Source: Macrostomum hystrix (Eukaryota; Animalia; Platyhelminthes). From it: a stretch of 64,000 nt of DNA. Below are positions 1 through 12,047 of the stretch, one piece after another. Where the stretch lies: the NCBI GenBank assembly GCA_950097015.1, contig CATNEN010000024.1, forward strand, positions 248,001-312,000, in the 5' to 3' direction. Made by a program: the position numbers and the translations under genes. A model generated the notes under the pieces. The model saw only the letters and a list, made by a program, of their open reading frames with translations, searched no databases and was not told the origin of the DNA. Positions within the stretch are counted from its first letter, which is position 1; each line of letters begins with the position of its first letter.

Positions 1-2
1 TT

Positions 3-926
3 GTAGCCGACACGGTAACGCATTCCAATCAGGCCAGCCATCCGCACTGCCGCTACTATCTGAAATGGATCACAACAGCTTGGAAAGTGTCTTATCTGGC
101 GCGCAGCTGGTGGATTGTAGCCATGACTTCAGCCAGGTATTCAGTAGTTGTTAAGCCTCTTTCTGCCCCTATTAACTTTCATTATCGTCAGCAGGCCGGC
201 CTACTGAGCGTCCTGGCCATTTTGTCGGCCGCTTTCACCATCGCTATGGATATAATAACAACAAGGCATAGCTCCTATTATTATATCTACGATGTTACCA
301 TCTCCATTGAGGTAGTGCTGAGTACCGGCGTACCGATAATTATAGTCATGACTCTCACCTGTCTTATGTCAAAGAATCTTATCCGTCGACGACGCCTCTG
401 GACAAATTTGCCAGCTGATGTTGACAGCAATTTGAAAGCTACAAAGACTCTACTGTTGATATCTGGCAGCTTCTTCGGCTTGTCATTTCCGCATCTATTT
501 TACGAGCTTGGCTGCACCATTGCCAATCAGTTGGAGTCAGAGCCGTTGACTTCCAGCAGTATGCCCGAGTGGCTTAACATTTTGGGCGAAATTAAATCGC
601 TACTAATTAGCGTGGACTCTGGCCTCAACTTCGCCATCTTTTTCGTCATGTGCCGCCAATTTCGCATTCAACTGCTCGGCTTCTTGCACATTCGTTTGGC
701 CTGCCTACAGCCGAAGACCAACAATAGGAAGATTTCATGCGGCCTGCGCTGCGAAGCGGCTCCTGATGGTCATCACACGGCCCATTTCAGAGCCGGCCGC
801 TGCGTTGACCACGAAGTTGCTCGACCCTTGAGCTGCTTACTTGAGGACTCAGTGTCGGCCGCTGCCAATGTAGCCGCCTCATCAACTAGTCAAAACGATT
901 TGCGCCAGAAAAGCGGCTATGTTTGA
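3..926 (+). CDS. Class A (rhodopsin-like) GPCR, TM3-TM7 plus C-tail; FMRFamide/peptide-receptor or srw-like orphan; 5' part lies before the window
   Basis: Frame is open from nt 3 (VADTVTHSNQASHPHCRYY...), upstream of the listed GTG start. TM3 SWWIVAMTSARYSVVVKP resembles the SxWxxVxxTxERYxxVxxP pattern; TM5 has GVP, TM6 has SFP, TM7 has GLNFAIF followed by helix 8 RQFR. Confidence 0.85.
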   Translation, partial: VADTVTHSNQASHPHCRYYLKWITTAWKVSYLARSWWIVAMTSARYSVVVKPLSAPINFHYRQQAGLLSVLAILSAAFTIAMDIITTRHSSYYYIYDVTISIEVVLSTGVPIIIVMTLTCLMSKNLIRRRRLWTNLPADVDSNLKATKTLLLISGSFFGLSFPHLFYELGCTIANQLESEPLTSSSMPEWLNILGEIKSLLISVDSGLNFAIFFVMCRQFRIQLLGFLHIRLACLQPKTNNRKISCGLRCEAAPDGHHTAHFRAGRCVDHEVARPLSCLLEDSVSAAANVAASSTSQNDLRQKSGYV

Positions 927-1708
927 AACACTTTTTCATATTTTTTGCTGTTTTAGTGCCCCTCCTCCCATTATAATTAAATTAGGAATAGTTTGAGGCA
1001 CCCGTCTATGTTTGATATTTTCTGTATTTACAGTCTAACTATCCTGCCCTGCTTTGAATGTATCATTGTCTGGTTTTACTGAAAAAAACTATTTTCACTT
1101 AGAGTTGTCCAAAAAATGTTTTCACAATGCTTAAACTTTCATGTCCAGTTTCCTATTGCGAAGTCGCTTTTTCTGCGAAGACAATATGTATTATTTTAAC
1201 CTTTCTTTTTTAAACGTGTGTTTGATAAAGCAAATAAAATAGCTCTTCTATTATCTCTTACAGTTCTGACCACCTCCAAGCACTAAATATTCAAAATACT
1301 TTTATGTTCGTCCCACAAAAATAGTAATGGAAACCTCTTTGATTTTCGACATATTTTTCGAAGTGTTGACATGCAAAATTTATTTAGGAGTGGTTTTATT
1401 TGATTAACTTGTAGCTAACTAACGTGACTAAATAATTTTACATTATTTTGATTGTAAATTCGTCAATTCTTTCCTGTCTCTGTTATAAGAATTTAGGACA
1501 ACCCTGTTGTTTTTGTTGTTCTCTTCACTTATATTTCCTGGCACCTAGCACGTCTGCACCTCGGTGACGCTTAGTGTGTTTCAAATAAATAAACAAACAA
1601 AAGAAGATGTATAACCCATAATCTAGTCATGCTGCCCTGAATGTAACGTTTTATTGGATTTTTTTACTTGTCTATGTAAGCTAATCGAGCGTAGTCCAGG
1701 CTCTAAGT

Positions 1709-2436
1709 CAGGGGTCGGCAAACTCCGGCCCGCGGGCCAGATGCGGCCCTCGAAGCTCCCAAATCCGGCCCGTTGCCCCTTCTGACATCTACAGTGTCCT
1801 GTTTCATCTCTCTCGTGTCTAATCTCTCCCGTGTCTAATCTCTCCTCCTGTGTCTAATCTCTCCCGTGTCTAATCTCCCCTGTGTCTAATCTCTCCTGTG
1901 TCTCATCTCTCCCGTGTCAAATCTCTCCCGTGTCTCATCTCTCCCGTGTCTAATCTCTCCCGTGTCTCATCTCCCCTGTGTCTAATCTCTCCTGTGTCTC
2001 ATCTCTCCTGTGTCTCATCTCTCCCGTGTCTAATCTCTCCTGTGTCTCATCTCTCCTGTCTCTCATCTCTCCCGTGTCTAATCTCTCCTGTGTCTCATCT
2101 CTCCTGTGTCTCATCTCTCCCGTGTCTCATCTCTCCTGTGTCTCATCTCTCCTGTGTCTCATCTCTCCCGTGTCTAATCTCTCCCCTGTGTCTAATCTCT
2201 CCTGTGTCTAATCTCTTCCGTATCTCATCTCCTCTGTGTCTAATCTCTCCCGTGTCTCATCGCTCTCGTGTCTAATCTCTCCTGTGTCTCATCTCTCCTG
2301 TGTCTCATCTCTCCCGTGTCTTATCTCTCCCGTGTCTCATCTCTCCCCTATCTCATATTTATACAGTCAATGCGGCCCGCTGTCGTCTTTTAGGTTCTCT
2401 CTTTGGCCCGCCAGCAAATAAGTTAGCCTACCCCTG
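1709..2436. mobile_element. Non-autonomous hAT-type MITE containing an internal 16-bp minisatellite
   Basis: TIRs CAGGGGTCGGCAAACT (1709-1724) and reverse complement CAGGGGTAGGCTAACT (2421-2436), 14/16 match. Perfect 8-bp TSD CTCTAAGT at 1701-1708 and 2437-2444. Subterminal GCGGCCC/GGCCCG motifs are typical of hAT MITEs. Confidence 0.92.
1800..2350 (+). repeat. 16-bp minisatellite (CTCTCCYGTGTCTMAT)n inside the hAT MITE
   Basis: Directly visible tandem units; produces the spurious SHLSRVSSLPCLISPV ORFs. Confidence 0.95.
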
Positions 2437-2999
2437 CTCTAAGTTGTAAGCCACAGAGTTTTGGCCTTCAATCTCTGGAAATTTAGTACAAATCGAGAGC
2501 AGATGGTCAATGCATCAAAGCTAGCCTATTGCTACACTGAACTTAATAACAAGCAGAGCTAAATTGGCTCCCAACTGTTTTACGAGAGTCGCAAAGAGTT
2601 AGATACATAATTAATCTGGCCATTTGCAAGTTTTCTGCTAGAAGAAAGCGAAGCCTTTCAAGATAGAAGAATACGAATCTTGTTCGCTTCGGGGGACGTG
2701 CAATCAGGGCGGACAGCTTTAGAAATCGAAGTGCCTGAAGCCTTGAAGTTTTAGCTGCTAGCGTCACAGTAAATCCGCTCGAGTTGCACAATCGCTAGTT
2801 TTGATTTTTAATTAAAGTCTCGCTCAAACGCACAATCTGTGCATTGCGAGTTTCGATCCGGTCCAAAATTCTCAGCTGACAGCTTAATTGACGTATCGGG
2901 AGATCGTCAACACTTAATGAAAGACCCTCAGATCCTGGCCGTCTTATCAAATCCCAAAATTGTACCCCTTATATATAGCCAGGTTTGTACGGGCGTATA

Positions 3000-3420
3000 T
3001 TTTTATGTTGAAAGACCGTTCTAATGTCTTCTAATATTTTGTCTATTATAATTGTATCAAGCTGTAATTTCCATTAAAATGGCTGCGTTTGCTAATTGCT
3101 ATCCGCCTATTAAAGCCTGACTAGATAGATTAGCAAGTAAATTTCCACCTCCACTGTAGTGTGGGTTGAGCTAAATGGGAGTAGAAAGTGGTGCATCGAA
3201 ATTGCCCTCTTCAACAACAGTTGGGTTTAGTTTGCTTGCATAGAATCCATTATTTTTAGAGCAATTTTAGTGTAAATACGTAATTGGTGGATATATAAGA
3301 CAAGCCCGAAGTGATATGCTATCGGCTTAAATTTAGGATTAATTTCATTTTCCTTGCCCTAACAACGCATTAAGGGGTTAGATAGGCAGCATAATGAGAT
3401 TAACTAAAAGCAGTTTTGCT
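3000..3420 (-). pseudogene. Possible decayed APE-type endonuclease remnant of a non-LTR retrotransposon
   Basis: Minus-strand translation SLRACLIYPPITYLH*NCSKNNGFYASKLNPTVVEEGNFDAPLS resembles the APE motifs xYRPP ... GDFNA at plausible spacing, interrupted by stops. Confidence 0.3.
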
Positions 3421-3812
3421 TCAAGCCAGGGCTTCAGATGTTTTTATTTGTGTTACCTTGTAAGTGGGGATATGGTTTAACCTGCTTCATAGTTGCCAGC
3501 TTTAAGTAAATTTGCAGACCTGTAAACTTATCCCACTGGTTTGGGGAGTTACGAGTATTGGCGGGCCGCTAATTCAATCAATATCCCTGAGCTCCTGTCC
3601 ACGTTGAGGAGGCAGCGAAGTTTTCGTTTTTGTGGAGTTTAGTCTTGTTTAATTTGTTGGTTTGGGGTTAGCGGGTTGGTTTCAATTTAGGCTTATAAAT
3701 TATGTTATTGAATCAAGCTTCGTTCGATTTTCGTATCTTTGCATTTCGTCTTTGCTATGAATTTTATTCTAAGCCGGGAACTCCACCCCTCAGTTTCCTT
3801 TACCATTGAGAT

Positions 3813-5897
3813 GACGGGAGAGATGAGACACGGGAGAGATGAGACACGGGAGAGATGAGACACAGGAGAAATGAGACACGGGAGAGATGATTCACGGGAG
3901 AGATGAGACATGGAAGAGATGAGACTCAGGAGAGATGAGATACAGGAGAAATGAGACACGGGAGAGATGAGACATGGCAGAGATGAGACAGGGGAGAGAT
4001 GAGATACAGGAGAGATGGGACACAAGAAAGACGAGACACAGGACAGATGTGACACGGGAGAGATGAGACACAGGAGAGATGAGACATGGGAGAGATGAGA
4101 CACGGGAGAAATGAGACACGGGAGAGATGAGACACGGGAGAGATGAGACACGGGAGAAATGAGACACGGGAGAGATGAGATACAGGAAAAATGAGACACG
4201 GGAGAGATGAGACATGGCAGAGATGAGACAGGGGAGAGATGAGATACAGGAGAGATGGGACACAAGAAAGACGAGACACAGGACAGATGAGACACAGGAG
4301 AGATGAGACATGGGAGAGATGAGACACGGGAGAAATGAGACACGGGAGAGATGAGACACGGGAGAGATGAGACACGGGAGAGATGAGACACGGGAGAAAT
4401 GAGACACGGGAGAGATGAGACACGGGAGAGATGAGACACGGGAGAGATGAGACACAGGAGAGATGAGATACAGGAGAAATGAGACACGGGAGAGGTGATT
4501 CACGGGAGAGATGAGACACGGGAGAGATGAGACACAGGAGAAATGAGACACGGGAGAGGTGATTCACGGGAGAGATGAGACACAGGAGAAATAATTCACG
4601 GGAGAGATGAGACACGGGAGAGGTGATTCACGGGAGAGATGAGACACGGGAGAGGTGATTCACGGGAGAGATGAGACACGGGAGAGATGAGACACGGGAG
4701 AAATGAGACACGGGAGAGATGAGACACGGGGGAGATGAGACACGGGAGAGATGAGACACAGGAGAGATGAGACACGGGAGAGATGAGACACGGGAGAGAT
4801 GAGACATGGGAGAGATGAGACAGGGTAGAGATGAGACTCGGGAGAGATGAGACATGGGAGAGATGAGACAGGGGAGAGATGAGACTCAGGAGAGATGAGA
4901 TACAGGAGAAATGAGACACGGGAGAGGTGATTCACGGGAGAGATGAGACATTGCAGAGATGAGACAGGGGAGAGATGAGATACAGGAGAGATGGGACACA
5001 AGAAAGACGAGACACGGGACAGATGTGACACGGGAGAAATGATTCACGGGAGAGTTGAGACAGGGGAGAGATGAGACTCAGGAGAGATGAGATACAGGAG
5101 AAATGAGACACGCGAGAGATGAGACACGGGAGAGATGAGACACGGGGGAGATGAGACACGGGAGAGATGAGACACGGGAGAGATGAGACACGGGAGAGAT
5201 GAGACACGGGAGAGATGAGACACAGGAGAGATGAGACACGGGAGAGATGAGACATGGGAGAGATGAGACAGGGTAGAGATGAGACTCGGGAGAGATGAGA
5301 CATGGGAGAGATGAGACAGGGGAGAGATGAGACTCAGGAGAGATGAGATACAGGAGAAATGAGACACGGGAGAGGTGATTCACGGGAGAGATGAGACATT
5401 GCAGAGATGAGACAGGGGAGAGATGAGATACAGGAGAGATGGGACACAAGAAAGACGAGACACGGGACAGATGTGACACGGGAGAGATGATTCACGGGAG
5501 AGTTGAGACAGGGGAGAGATGAGACTCAGGAGAGATGAGATACAGGAGAAATGAGACACGGGAGAGATGAGACACGGGAGAGATGAGACACGGGAGAGAT
5601 GAGACACGGGAGAGATGAGACACGGGAGAAATGAGACATGGGAGAGATGAGACTCGGGAGAGATGAGACATGGGAGAGATGAGACAGGGGAGAGATGAGA
5701 CTCAGGAGAGATGAGATACAGGAGAAATGAGACAGGGGAGAGATGAGACTCAGGAGAGATGAGATACAGGAGAAATGAGACACGGGAGAGGTGATTCACG
5801 GGAGAGATAAGATACAGGAGAGATGGGACACAAGAAAGACGAGACACAGGACAGATGTGACACGGGAGAGATAAGACACGGGAGAGATGAGACACGA
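3813..5897 (-). repeat. About 2.1-kb 16-bp minisatellite (GGGAGAGATGAGACAC)n with higher-order repeats; same family as the array inside the hAT MITE, opposite strand
   Basis: Visible tandem units; the marker variant GGGACACAAGAAAGACGAGACAC recurs near 4017, 4257, 4992, 5441 and 5824. Confidence 0.95.
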
Positions 5898-8617
5898 GAG
5901 AGCTGCGGCTGGAATGGTTGCTTGGGCTCATGGGCGGCAGCTCATTGGTGCGTAATTTTATATCTGCAGTCCTTAGCAAAGTCGAAATCTATAGACCGCT
6001 GCGCAAATTATTGCTCTCAGTAAGAAGTCTAATCATCATTTTGTCTTCTTCTTCTACACAAAGTAGCAAGCAGGATGTGTACGAGTAATGTCGCAATTTC
6101 TTCCTTCGCCCTTGATGCCATCTCTCTTTCTCTCTCTTCCTTCCGTGTTGTGCGCGAATTCCATTCACATCGGTGCCCCTTGGGAGCAGCGGCTAAAGGG
6201 ATTGGAGAGAATGGAATCCATGCCGATGGGAAAATAACGAATCGGACGGAAGTCCTCGAGATCAGGTCCGCCTGCCTCCCTTTTTAGTCTCTCTTAGTCC
6301 ATTTTTTATACTCTTGCCCACGATGCCATCCTAAATCTGAAGTGGTGCTTAGATTGCTAGCTGGGGATTTCTCCGCTGTGCTGCTATATATATGTATATA
6401 TTAATTTCAAAGTCAACTCGCCACCGCGTGCTGCGACACTCTCTTCGCAATGCCTACAAATATAGCCGACCCTTTACAAACATCCTCTAGTTGAGTTGAG
6501 GACAAGGAGAGAAAAACACTGCCCGATGTGCCAGACAGTTCCTATCATTTTCCTGATCTAATTTTTACAAGGGATTGTGTGTACTAGTTGCAACTTGCCT
6601 TGCCTTGATCTGGCTAATTTCGGATCTTCCTTCCTTTCGGACAGCAGGCTATTATTACGCTCTTGCGACGCTATTTTCCGAACCTCTTCAGTGGTTTGCT
6701 TCGCGTATGGTCCGCATTTGGGAATCTTCTAGCTTAACTCTACACCTTCCAAATTTGCTCTTGACAGAAAATAATTCAGTGCTGGGTGAGTGGAATAAAA
6801 AAATCCGTCTATCTAGTTGGCAAGGCGTGATAGACTCTCCTTTTTCTCACTAATTCCTACGCCTAATAATCATTTCTTGTATTTTTTAATTCAGTTCTTA
6901 TCCGCCTTTGCTCCTATATGCACTGTTGCTTTCGGGCCTGACTTTAAAATTATATCGAATCAACCCGTCCATGCTTAGTAAATAAATCCTAACTGCAGTC
7001 CCAGCTCGCCCCATCTCGCTAACCAGAGTCGACCAGGCGCTCAGCCTCGGGGCGGTATGGGTCTAAGTCTTTGGTGAAACTCAATACTTCGTCTTCTCTA
7101 CTGTACTCTAATGTACTTCATCTTCCCTTGGAATGCGCTGGTGTTTCTTGTTCCTATACTAAACTACCTCCTCGCTTACTGCTGAACTTTACTTTACCTA
7201 GTACTTTACTTTACCTTGGTGCGTTACTTTTGCATCTGTCAAATTATTAAATCCATCATTGAACTCAGATTTAGAAAAAAGTTAGTATTAAAAATCAAGG
7301 TCGCAGTCATATCAGTCTTATAATATTACTCAAAAGCGTCACGTTGAGCCGCATACTAATAGCGACTGTGATGGTTAGTGGAAAAAACTCGGTCAATTTT
7401 TTACTCTGTGTGAAAATTGATAAATGTGTGTTGGGACATGTAATTTACCAGGTAGAAAGATCTCAATTCCAGTTCTTAGAAAGCATTGCTGCGTTGTTAA
7501 AAAACGTTAAGACATCGCAGCATTTTTTATGTATTTCCCATGCAGTTTGTTTGCTTGCCTTAACTGCCTTAATCCGTGAGCGTGCCTCAGAAAGCTGTGA
7601 GAGCTGGAGAAAGAGAACAAAGAAGTTGAGCTTGACTTGAGAAACGAAAAAAAGCTTATTGGGATGCCCATTGCCTGCCATTAATTATTAATTTTATTTC
7701 TATATACTTTTGGCGATAAAAAAACCTTCACTGCTGGGATTTCTGACGGTCCGTATGAAAGCATTTTGCACTAATTTGTCGGCAACAAAAATAAAAGTGC
7801 AGAATCTGCTCAAGAGCTAAGTTCGAATCGGTGACCATGAGTCCCACGACTTCTAATTATTATTGAAGACAAGTTTTTAAGCTTTGCATGGCTCGTAACT
7901 GTCCTCGCAAAAATATAGCGACATGAAATATCTGCACAACTTTCGAGCAACAAAATAATTCGTTTGGCGAATGCAGAAGCTGAAAAAGCTGTTGCCAGTT
8001 GTACCTAATATTTTTAGTTGGCTTTGGGTTTTTAAATCGGTTAATAAAAAAATTTGCATCAATGCACTTTCCATATGCGTATGAACAAGCAAAAGCCACA
8101 ATAGTGCATTTCAAGCCCACTGACACTGCATCTGACAGTGGGAACTTTGCTAAGTACTGACCCGTATGCCCAAAAACGTGTCAGTGAAATAATTAACAAC
8201 TTGACAACATTGTAAATGCCAACTTCAGTTATTCTCAAATGACAATAACAAAATTAGATAACCTCGCCTGTAATTGTGCTTATAATTCTCTACATTCCAG
8301 CGGAGTAGAATCAGATCATTGAATCATTGACCCGAGGCCTTGATAGGAGCTTGGTTATATGTCTCTCAACAGCCCAAAAAATTCCATTTTTAAGAACATA
8401 AGCAAGAGATTCATGGACATTTTTGAGACTTATACCATCTCAAAGAAACATCTGGCTTCTTTTGCTCACCTATAGCTTACTACAACGAGAATTCTAATTA
8501 AAGTAATTCCTAACACCTCACCTCAGTCCTGCCTAAGCTAATGTCTCCTTTATTTTGCAACTAACAAATTGCCGCAAATAAAAACACCTCTCTTTGCCGC
8601 CTATTCGTCTGATACTA

Positions 8618-8850
8618 CGAGGGGTGTCCCAAAAGTTCCCGGAATAGATTTTTGAGCTTGTGTAACACTACCCCTGACCTTCGCGCACGTTTCTTGCTGC
8701 AGCTCCTGAATAGAAAAAGATATGAACATGATTTTAACTTTGTTTTCTTTGTGACAAAATTTCCTTTCATTTGACACCATGGGCATGAAATTTCATGGCT
8801 CCGTTGAAGAGCTACCTTGGACATTCCGGGAACTTTTGGGACACCCCTCG
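8618..8850. mobile_element. Tc1/mariner-type MITE, 233 bp
   Basis: Perfect 28-bp TIRs CGAGGGGTGTCCCAAAAGTTCCCGGAAT (8618-8645) and its reverse complement (8823-8850), flanked by TA on both sides (8616-17, 8851-52). Confidence 0.93.
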
Positions 8851-11397
8851 TATTTCGTTCGCCGCTTTACTAACTAATGAAGCTCGACAGTTCTACTTTT
8901 TCTGATTGATGAAGCGGAAACATTTCGGAAACAAAGCAGCAAACCAGTTCTATTCTCCAACACTTATTATTCTACAACCTCTGTCGTTTCTTGCGGCTTG
9001 TACTAGTTTTCCACGCTTTTTGGCCACCTTTTCTGTTAAGCCAACCTGACTGAATCGGCAAGTGCTTTCGTACCGCGCTGTGTAGGTAGTGTTGAAATTC
9101 CCGAATATTCACTGTAAGGCTATTTGAAAGTGCCCGACTGCAGAAAATTCGCTGGCTGTTTGTGCTTCGTTCTCGCGGCACTTTCGTCACTATCATGATC
9201 CCCAGTGCTATTGTGTTTTAGCTTAACTTGTAAACGCAATGCAGCATGCAGTGCTGTGTTTATCATTGCGTTTAACCGCCGCGCTGCTCGCTATTTATAC
9301 ATGGCAGTGTATTGGTGATTTAAACACTTAGTACACCATCTAAGTGGTAGCGCCAATGGGATTCACCTTAATTTGGGTTCTAAACACTGTCCTAGCTTGA
9401 TCTTGCTAACCCCGAATGGTATTGAGATTAACCCAATGGTATAGAGAGTAATGCTTTTATCTTACGGATTATTGCAAATTATTAATTCTGATATATTAAA
9501 TGAAATGCCAGCTGGCAAAGTTAGGGCCGCTCATGCGTGCAGTTAGGCGCGGGGTAATCAGCGATGGATCTCCAGCTAGCCCCCTGTTGGGGTTTCTCCG
9601 CCCCTCTTGCCAACTTGCGTGACAGTTAATGTGGCGAAGAAAATTAGTCCTTTCCAGAAATCCCAAGTCCCACTTTGAGTGTGTCCCATGTGGACCTGAA
9701 ACTTTTCCTTAATTTTTACAGTCACTTTCTTTTGGACTACGAGCATTAAGCTAGGCCTATTTTTCATTCCAACGCTCATTCCTTTCCTTGCTGTCACGAT
9801 CCTGCCGAGGCGGATTAACTAAAAGCTATACTAAAAATAAATAGACTAAAAAGCCGCTTCCGACACTAAGACGGTTTCACACCAGATCGATTATTAATTT
9901 CGTAAAAGAACGCCTTACTGTGGTTCCTGCTATTCGGCTTGGTCGATTTTCGTCGGAAGAATAATCTTTCGCTTCCATAATCTCTGATTTCAATGTGTGG
10001 AAGCTTCTACTTCCTACAACAGATCCCTTCCGCCTGACCGCGTGACCGATGAAAATTATTTCTTTACACTTGTGGACAACGGCAAAGGGGTTATTTAAAA
10101 AGGATTGAGGGCGTAAGTGTATACTTTGGTGAAGAAACTTTTAAGAAACGTAAGAAGCTGAATTTCACTATGTTCGGTTCATTGATCTAGCCTTTACACG
10201 ATATTTTTCTGTGCTTTCAAGGAAGCTCGCGACCCTGTAATTTCTGCGGATAGAGTAACATTTTTGTCTTAAAAACTTGATAGAAAAACTTTTCCTGTAA
10301 TTTGAATCCATCTCCGGCCTGCTTTCAAAGCAGCCCTCCACACCCGGCCTCGCCTTATTTCCGTCCCGCGAATATTAAATAAATAGCTTGATCGATGGCT
10401 CAGAAATATTACTTGAACCTCTGTTGGCATTTCCCAGTTCAAGTTACACACGAGATGCGCTCTGGCTGCTGAACTTTTGAGAGTGAGGCTGTGTGTACTG
10501 GTGGAGCGTCTGCTTGAACTCCAGACTCTCGGAAAACAACTTCAGGCTCCCACAGCCATCTTTGAGATTGTTAATAAAGAACAAATCCTACAAGCTAAAC
10601 CCGATTAAGTCTTCTGCTAATCAGCATGCAGCAGCTTCCATAATCCGAAGTTATTATTTGTACACTTCGTTCGCCATTTTTGCTAAGAACGGATACTTTC
10701 TTAGCAGACTGCCGAAACTGCTGTATCTGTGGGCATGAGCATAGTCTTGCTAGTACATTAATTTATATCAGGATGAGCGATTATGCTTCTAATGCTACGA
10801 TATACGGCGTCATCCACATTTTGCTTCCATCCTGTTTGATTTCATGTTTCATAACAGTATGCAAATATCATTGCGCTTTTGTTTGATGCAGCTTCATCAA
10901 GAGATTGATTCTAGTTGCAATTTACTACATATAAACAAATATATAAATAATGAGAGTGGTGAGGACGAGTTCTCCAAAGTGGTAAAAATGCTTTTAGCAT
11001 ATATGCTCATTAACCACAAATAAATAATTATACGAACTTCGATTCAAAGACGTCTATAAATATAATAATTATTTATTTAATTTATTTAGTGACGAATCGG
11101 TCGACGTAATATACGAAACAGACTTGTAACTTGCAAGGTCTTGCTTGAGGCGCGCCAAAAATTTGTCTTACGTCGTCGTACTAAGTGTAAACATATTTTG
11201 CGTGCAAATCTACACAATCGCTTCCCTAAAGCAACAAAGCTTCGATCAGCAACGTAATACTCGTAGATTGAGAATCATAACAGGAAAACATTAAAATCAG
11301 ATTTTCTACTTTTGTGCTTTCTTGCAGTCACCATCAGACAAATTTGTTCAAATTCGACAAAACTTATTATAAAAAGTCTCACATTCTTAACAGTAAA

Positions 11398-11879
11398 GAA
11401 ACCACCAGGGTTTTTCAATAATCACATTTTACTGTATCCTAAATTATTCAACCAATCGCCATGAAAATCCTAAACACGGGCTAAAATTTCCCGCTTTATC
11501 CGATTAAAACTTTCAAAATCACAGAACATTGTCAAGCATTGTCAAGATATTCAACGATTCTCGTCGAAGTGTCTGGTGGAAAAACCACACAAAATAGGCA
11601 CAATTTTTTTATATAATCATGTCGGCTACTATTGTTGACTATTGTATTGATTATATTGTTAATTTACAGAGCAATGTTATTTGTCCTTATCACCAAGATC
11701 TCTGATAAGAATTGCTGAATATCTCGACGATGCTGACGTTGGACGGCCTTGAAAGTTGGTTCATCGTAAAGGGCGGAAAATTTTGATCCAAATGGTGGAC
11801 TTTCACAAACATAGGCCCTTCAGTTTGGGAGCTATCGGTAAATAGGCAGTGGGTATTTGAAATAGCCCCTGTGGTCTTT
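11398..11879. mobile_element. TIR-bounded MITE, superfamily unassigned (family C, copy 1)
   Basis: Imperfect TIRs of the AAAGACCAYAGGGG-TATTTCAAA type. Internal motifs CCTAAATTATTCAACCAATCGCCAT and GGCAGTGGGTATTT are shared with 27157-27550 and 53470-53700. Confidence 0.7.
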
Positions 11880-12047
11880 CCCAGGTGGAAAATAGCGTGG
11901 TCTTTGTACTGAAATACTTGAAAATGGTAGCTTACTAGCTGGCTGCTAGGTAAAGTTAAGAGTTCTTTAACCACTTAACCAAGTTGTTTCACAAAATGAG
12001 GAGACATGCAAACTCATCAATGCCCTTCAATGCTGAGACGATCGAAC

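Noticed and set aside
1898-5979. Many long ORFs with SHLSRVSSLPCLISPV repeats
   Set aside because: They are translations of a 16-bp minisatellite that lacks stops in several frames; no coding signature.
6240-6255. Exact 16-nt match AATCGGACGGAAGTCC also at 39462-39477
   Set aside because: About one such match is expected by chance in a 64-kb two-strand self-comparison, and the flanks do not extend.
6400-7150. Minus-strand stretches that read like decayed coding sequence
   Set aside because: Multiple stops and no recognisable domain motif; a translated search against TE proteins would be needed.
10440-11010. Short peptides vaguely like DAGL N-terminal segments (LRVRLCVLVE, ATIYGVIHILLP, EDEFSKVVKMLL)
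   Set aside because: No compatible splice sites and no diagnostic motifs (SDD, VPSD, AYGWP); not supportable as exons.
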